NCBI GenBank assembly: GCA_043228905.1
Contig: JBHGNT010000011.1
Location: forward strand, 11,160,001 to 11,224,000
Direction of reading: 5' to 3'
Source of the DNA: Azolla caroliniana
Lineage: Eukaryota; Plantae; Polypodiophyta
Length of the DNA: 64,000 nucleotides
The notes beneath the pieces were generated by a model, which saw only the letters and a program-made list of their open reading frames with translations, was not told the origin of the DNA and searched no databases. Position numbers and translations under genes: made by a program. This document shows positions 58,134-64,000 of this stretch, piece by piece. Within the stretch, counting starts at the first letter, position 1. The number at the start of each line of letters is the position of its first letter.

Positions 58134-60916
58134 AAATCAATAAGTATCTACAGAACTCATGTAGTGTGGACAATAGGGCTCATAAAATGGGAGATTTGTT
58201 AAAATTTATTTTTGAGTTATGAGTCATTAATAGATTGAGCCACATGAACATCTAAAGTATCAGAATTTTACATCCCACTCAATACTTGCTTCAGTACAAT
58301 GAGAATCTCTTTGAATCTCGTTTCATTATTTATATGTACAGCACTACAATAGGTAGGGATTCAGAATTATACCTATTGCTTTTCAATTGGCTTATAATTA
58401 TGCATAAATGTATGTGTAGAGTTTTGGATAAGTACGATAATATACTTACTTTTGGATTTCCCACTAGGGATATTGCAACACTAAGCCTCCGCTTCATACC
58501 ACCACTATATGTTGCAACTAGTCTATCACCAAAACCTCCATTTAACAGGTTGACACTCCTCAGAGCATTAACAACAGCCTGTTAAATCATAAAAAAATAC
58601 ATTAGCATATTGTGGTGTGCATGTGTTTATGTGCATTTCACAATATAAAATAATAGAAGGCATTTGTTAATCCATGACAAATTTACTTACATCTTCAAGC
58701 ACATTTCCATTCAAATTTTTAAGTCTACCATAGAAGAGCAAATGTTCCCGACCTGTAAGTGATTCCCACAACAACCTGCAAACATGTAGGATATGAAGTG
58801 CTAGCATAGAAAAAGTTCCATTACAGAGATTGGTAAAACGAAATCTTACTCAAACTGTGGACAAACACCCATATATAAGTGAATTTGATCCATATCCTTC
58901 CTGATATCTAACCCTTCAACATATGCCGTTCCTGAAGAAGGAATTGATAGCCCAATCATCTGTAATGCACAACTTTAAAAAAAAATTATCAGACCATGAA
59001 AACCTTTAAAAAATAGAATTAATGAACTCAAACACGCTACCATGTTTATGGTTGATGTCTTTCCAGCACCGTTAGGTCCAAGCATACCAAAGCATTGACC
59101 TCGTGGAATTGCTATAGAAAGCCCTTGAACTGCATCCTTTGATTTTTCTCCATTTTTCCCAGAGTAAGTTTTCCATAGATTGTCACAAACAATTGCATAA
59201 TTCAATATTTCAGCATTCACAGCTTCTTGAACAAGAATTCTCTGAGAAGAAAACAAAAATTTTGCATTACATCTAGAATGTACTGTGTTCAATATGACAA
59301 GGCTATAAAAATGATACCCGTTATGATGATACTCACTTCATTTGATACATCAGAAGTCTCTATATGCAAATCTAAATGTACTACACCATCTGCAGGAAAT
59401 TTCCCATTTTCTTGAATTCTATGTAGAAATCCTTTTATATAGCTGAAGTTTCTGGAATTGATCAATCGGTCCAAGTAATATGAAAGTGGCATGATAAGAA
59501 TCCACTCTGTCAGCATTATTGTAATGACTTGGCATACTCCATTTTCAGGATCCCTCAGATTCTTCCACTGCATACCTTTTGTGCCTTGATTATAGCCTGT
59601 AATAGAATACTGTGAAAATTCATACAGGCCGCGATATAAAGCAAATCCTGGAAGAAGCTCCATAAGAAATAACACTTGTTCTGCAAGAGAAAACAAGACG
59701 TGACATTCAGTGATTTCAGCAGGGAGTTATTACCACTTCAAATTAAGGAACACACACAAATCACTTCAATATAATTCATTGATAACCCCTTGACCAACTC
59801 AATTCAATATCAATGTCTTGAAAAAGAATGCTTCACAATCAAGCCATTTATTTGTTGCTAGGAGAACACCTATTTGAAAGAATCAAAGCTCATCATAGGA
59901 ATATTAAATACAGAAGATTCATTTTTCTGCTTCTCAACTTGTCCAGGGTAATAGGTGAAAACAGGTTTGGAGAGCTAAACATACAACTTAAATACAGTTT
60001 TAAAATGGATGATGTGCAACTGCTTGACATTCCACTGATATACTGATTGCTAGGCGCATTTCTAACATTGAAAAATGCAGTGATTATTTGTCCAGAGGAT
60101 TATACCCTCACTTTTTATTGTCCAATTTTTGAAGAAATCCTTTCACAAACTACCTCATAAATTACATGATGCAAGCAGCAGAGGTTGATAAGGATGCAGT
60201 TTTCACTTCTCCCCATTATACATATCTTAGAGATCACCAAATAGATTTGATAATACCTCTCCAACAAGAGTGCGTACTTTCTCAGTGAAATCTTTTCTAT
60301 CCTCTGCTATGGTTTGGAGAATGTGCTCTCAAAAATTTGGTCACATAAAACATATCCTAATCTAGAGTCTACAACTGCAATAATACCTCTGATCTCTAAA
60401 ATGGTAAAGGGCTTCATTATATGTTTCCTTTGAGTAGTTCAGTACTGTATCATTCATAAAAAGACTAGTTGGCACTGCACTGCAATACTCTTGCATGTGT
60501 TTAATTTTGTTCCGCAGGAGAGCTCACTTAGAACCCACAAATTTAGGCTTACAGGAAAATGATATAGGATATGCATCCTAGACCTCAGGGAATGGTTACC
60601 CATACCAGGAACAGCCAGTAGATATTAAATAACAGCACTGTAATTTTCCTAGTCATAACTGGAATCCAGAACCAGAAACATTCGAGCACGGGTTCAGGAA
60701 AATTTCTTAGAGTTGCAACATCTTCTTGACATATATGTTAGATTAAATATTTGCATCTTGATTTTTACTATGTACTTGTGCAACATGCAATCCAGTCATC
60801 ACAAAAGATTCAGACAATAGAAGCTTACATACTGGGAAAATTATCTTCCTCAACAAATGACTGAAAAAGAAAGGCACCAAGAAGACCAAATCCAAACACA
60901 TATTGATAACCGACAA
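51510..60916 (-). CDS. ABCA7: Plant half-size ABC transporter subfamily A (ABCA7-like), last 8 coding exons; 5' exons lie beyond the window
   Basis: Exons 60833-60916, 59337-59680, 59041-59241, 58850-58959, 58691-58775, 58450-58578, 56414-56519, 51917-52005, 51510-51791 (nine segments including the terminal exon), all GT-AG and phase-compatible. Walker A GPNGAGKT, signature YSGGMKRRLS, Walker B VVYMDEP, H-loop THSMEEAEALCDR, C-terminal TTLEDVF. The symbol denotes the closest recalled Arabidopsis-type member, not proven orthology. Confidence 0.93.
51917..52005 (-). CDS. ABCA exon (H-loop)
   Basis: HSMEEAEALCDRVGIFVKGKLQCIGTAEE; GTAAGT donor. Confidence 0.92.
52087..52188. repeat. Four ~24-bp tandem repeats (GTTTTATTAACCACATCCCAGTT) in an ABCA intron
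   Basis: Directly visible. Confidence 0.8.
52770..56185 (+). mobile_element. Degenerate, internally deleted Copia (Ale-like) antisense in an ABCA intron
   Basis: LTR-like 52770-53130; gag remnants (GRGLDGYLT, WLLNSM); INT CDACEFGK..IHSDVWGP, QNGVVERKN; [21 protein letters not shown]; RH SWKSKKQSVVSRSTAEAEY; no 3' LTR seen. Confidence 0.85.
56414..56519 (-). CDS. ABCA exon (Walker B/D-loop)
   Basis: VVYMDEPSAGLDPASRNFLWNVVKNSKQGRAIILT. Confidence 0.92.
56975..57852 (+). mobile_element. 5'-truncated LINE (ORF2 C-terminal zinc finger, extension, 3' UTR, TTTC-type tail)
   Basis: QLRASSHQLEIEVRRY..ERICQLC..ESEEHYVCRC..YEIR; an extra 3'-end copy with (TTTC)n tail at ~57990-58132. Confidence 0.85.
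58450..58578 (-). CDS. ABCA exon (signature motif)
   Basis: AVVNALRSVNLLNGGFGDRLVATYSGGMKRRLSVAISLVGNPK; missed by the ORF track. Confidence 0.92.
58691..58775 (-). CDS. ABCA exon
   Basis: LLWESLTGREHLLFYGRLKNLNGNVLED. Confidence 0.92.
58850..58959 (-). CDS. ABCA exon (Q-loop)
   Basis: MIGLSIPSSGTAYVEGLDIRKDMDQIHLYMGVCPQF. Confidence 0.92.
59041..59241 (-). CDS. ABCA exon (Walker A)
   Basis: AIVCDNLWKTY..CFGMLGPNGAGKTSTINM. Confidence 0.92.
59337..59680 (-). CDS. ABCA exon (last transmembrane helices)
   Basis: MELLPGFALYRGLYEFSQY..GMQWKNL..IMLTEW..YYLD. Confidence 0.92.
60833..60916 (-). CDS. ABCA exon (transmembrane helix)
   Basis: VGYQYVFGFGLLGAFLFQSFVEEDNFP; TTCAG acceptor, GTATGT donor, phases fit. 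Confidence 0.85.
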
Positions 60917-61199
60917 CTGAAAAGAAACATAAGAACAGTTAATTTCAGATAGCTAAATAAATATGAATAGTTTCCAGCATATAATATCACACAAGTGAAA
61001 ACATAGATATGGATATATGAAGCTCTTATTTCTCTTAGTCTGCCTATATGTTCCTGTTCGCCTAAATACACACATATATACATACATATAGCACATATAA
61101 GTAAACAGGTAAATTACTAAACAGATGTAACACCTCTCCCAAGAATAATTCTGGTTCTAATCTTGTTAGTGATGCTTGAATGGAGTTATACATTATCAA

Positions 61200-61412
61200 A
61201 TCAGTACTCTCAAGGTTGATTGACAAATCTTTGTCGATAAAAATTGAACTTAAGCCATTTAGATGTATTGTTTAGTTCCTCTCCAGAGCCGGAGATCAAC
61301 ATTGAGTCATCAGCATATAGAAATATCAGTATGACTACTATTGTTAAGCATGTTTCTGAACCACCCAATTTCTATATGTAATTAAATACCTCATCTATAT
61401 AAAGATCAAAGA
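61200..61412 (-). pseudogene. Old LINE RT fragment
   Basis: Minus strand LYIDEV...ILIFLYADDSMLIS. Confidence 0.6.
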
Positions 61413-63240
61413 AGAAAGAAAGAAAGAAAGATATATTAATCTCTTTTAAGACGCCAAAATGGCCTATAAGACCAAATAAGATATTACATCTTAAGTGTTG
61501 TCTCGTCTTTGAGAACAAGTCAAAATAAAATAAATATTAACAGTAAATATAAGATGAAAAGAAAAGAAACGAGGGAATCTAGTTTTTGGCACATGTGAGA
61601 TATATAACATCTCTTAAGAGGCCAAAATGGCCTATAAGCCCAAACAAGAGACTACATCTTCAATGTTGTCTCGTCTTTGAAAACAACAAATCAAAATAAA
61701 ATAAATATCACTCAGTAAAATATAAAAGTAAATAAGATAAAAAGAGATGAGCGAATCTGGTTTTTGGCACATGTGAGATTCTCAAGTTAGATAAATTGTA
61801 ACTTTTATCTTCAAAAGATCTCTAGCATAGGTCGATCCAAAATGGAGGGGTCTCCGAAGCGAGGGAAGCACCTGCGATGGCGGGAGATAATGGCCTTTAT
61901 CTGTCGATGACAACGGTGCTGAGGTCGTGGTCCATGGGGCCAGGGCCTACGTGCACGACAAATTGCTAATGCCCGATCTATTGTAACCCATTTGTTATGT
62001 CCTGGTCGGGAGCCCATTTGTGAATCCCTTGATTGACTTGTAGCATTAGTAGGAGTGATGGGGCTAAAGAAAGTTGTGATTGTCCTTTGTGGATGAGCTT
62101 GTGTGGCCGTATTGTTGTTCTTCAACAACTTTTCCCTATGTCTCTTGATTACCCTGTATTATTGTTCTACCAAGAAAAGTCCTAGGCACCGTTGGTCCTC
62201 ATATTCCATTACCTTGTGTAGCGAGCCAAAGCCTTGTTTAAAGAGGCAATGGTATCTCCCTCTAATTTCATTAAAGACACTACAATGACAAACATAGTGT
62301 TCTCCAAATTCCACTCCTTGATAACACAATTGGCAAATTCTTTCTTCTAGAGGTATTCGTGTAAATCTGCCTACCTCAATCTCTAACTGATGTGAGGATG
62401 TCCGCTTGCTGCCCTATCACACTGCGTCGTGCATAGGATAGATGGATGTCCATATAAGGTGGCCTAATGATTGGTTCATCCTCCAATGTGTGTAAGAAGT
62501 GTGTCTTATAGTGCAACATCCACTGATGATTGGTTCATCCTCCAATGTGTGTAAGAAGTGTGTCTTATAGTGCAACATCTTTGTACCAAGTGAAATTATG
62601 GGGCTGATCCATGTTATCATGTTTTCCAAGTTAATAATATCAGTTCAAATCACTCTATTCTTATCCACTTTGGTCATATTTAGATGGGGAGAGTCCAAGC
62701 TATATTGGAACGGGGGTAATGCATTTATACTCATGCCATGTGACTCGAACCATTGCTACATTTCCGCATACCAACAATGAGTGTCTCCATTTTCAGCCAG
62801 TTGTCTTGATGACATAAGTGCCAACCTTGGGTACCTTCGTTTTGAGAGCTCCCAAAGACGTTGGAGACATGTGACTAATCGGAACAATGCCTCGGTGATT
62901 ATAGGTGCCGCTCCCATCTCTGCCGTGTTATATCATGGGGCACCAATGATTTGCTCCTTATCATGCGGGCAATCATTGACACTAAAGGTCTCTCTAAATC
63001 TTTCCACTGATTTGCCTTGTTAAGACTCAGTCCCCACGTTTCTACTTCATAGAGAAGAGTTCGTGTGACGAGTGTATCAAGTAACCACAACTTAGTTTGT
63101 GGCTCTTGGAACTGCAAACATGCACATTGTCTTTCAAGAGCACCAAGGTAAGCATATCCACAAGAAAGTCAGGCACAAACAGCCTCCCTTAAGGAAAACC
63201 TAGGTCATGTAAGTGTTACTCCTAGGTATGTGTAGGAACA
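61410..63240 (-). mobile_element. 5'-truncated LINE of the same family as 56975-57852, with stacked 3'-end copies
   Basis: TYLGVTL..KLWLLDTLVTRTLLYEVETWG..; ORF 61811-62128 is nearly the same peptide as 57280-57627; 3' UTR copies at ~61410-61530 and ~61605-61710, more at ~63245-63345 and ~63464-63620. Confidence 0.85.
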
Positions 63241-64000
63241 AAGATATGTAACATCTTTTACAAGGCGAAAATGGCCTATGAGACCAAACAAGAGATTACA
63301 TCTTAAAATGGTGCCTAGTCATTGAGAGCAACAAACCAAAACAAATACAATTAGATATATGTTCTAAAGAATATAGTTAATCAGCACTTGAGATTCTGAA
63401 ATCAGTGTGAAACTAAATATGGGCCACTTCCATATGGATAGATAGATGCTTTTAGCATCCATAGAAGAAAGAAAGAAAGAAAGATATATTAACGTATTTT
63501 AAGAGGCCAAAATGGCCTATAAGAACAATTAAGAGATTACATCTTAAGTGTTGTCTCGTCTTTGAGAACAAATCAAAATAAAATAAATATTACATAGTAA
63601 ATATAAAAGTAAATAACATGAAAAGAAAAGAAATAACAGTAAATAGAGAGGCCAATATTGACCCATGGGACTTAAGTACAAAAGTTTTCTTGATGTGTAA
63701 CTCCTTCCTAAGTCCGGATATTCATACTTCGAAGCGCGCCAAGTCTCAATGTGTGAATAAGGCATACACATATGAGATCATCGTTCTACATGTTGTCTTT
63801 AGTATGACACTCAAGTCATCACCCGCTCTTAATATATCATCATAGCTTTCACAGAGATCTTCAGAGAGAAGTACCTTCAGTTCCAAGTGAAGATACTCTT
63901 TACTTATTAATAACAAGGGTAACAAAACCATGAATCAAATGTTCAGGTTCCATGTGCACAACACATTATTATTGCACAATCTACTATAACCCCTTCATGT

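Noticed and set aside
62467-62580. ~60-bp tandem duplication in the LINE; similar small duplications at 45277-45409
   Set aside because: Ordinary local slippage or repair duplications with no sign of function.

Overview
Land-plant nuclear DNA, probably a seed-free plant (inferred from the TE families). Bases 1-48.5 kb are two deeply nested transposon clusters; 51.5-64 kb hold the last eight exons of a minus-strand half-size ABCA (ABCA7-like) transporter gene with TE-filled introns. Nest 1, oldest to youngest: LINE F (30460-32010) < Copia E (26239-30459) < Gypsy D (<1-26238) < Gypsy A (20-13258) and its relative A' (13563-20542) < Copia B (1443-7740) < Copia C fragment and a 17-bp Gypsy LTR stub. 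Nest 2: (GA)n/LINE fragment < Copia G (32601-47596) < Copia H (34256-38937) and a 5.57-kb TIR DNA transposon (41855-47428). The TIR element has a Sola1/DUF7869-like transposase with a C-terminal SH3-fold-like domain, a second divergent ORF, an internal palindrome array and captured cargo. Best leads: (i) this two-gene TIR element and its ambiguous 6-bp/4-bp TSD; (ii) a 64-bp piece of mitochondrial 26S rRNA 5' end inside a Gypsy LTR; (iii) a tRNA-Trp-primed, 4-bp-TSD, NCGG-targeting Gypsy family with a G_GAT_TTT -1 frameshift after the protease and two covarying downstream hairpins; (iv) inverted LINE copies bracketing six ABCA exons. All family assignments are from motif recognition by eye; no searches were run.
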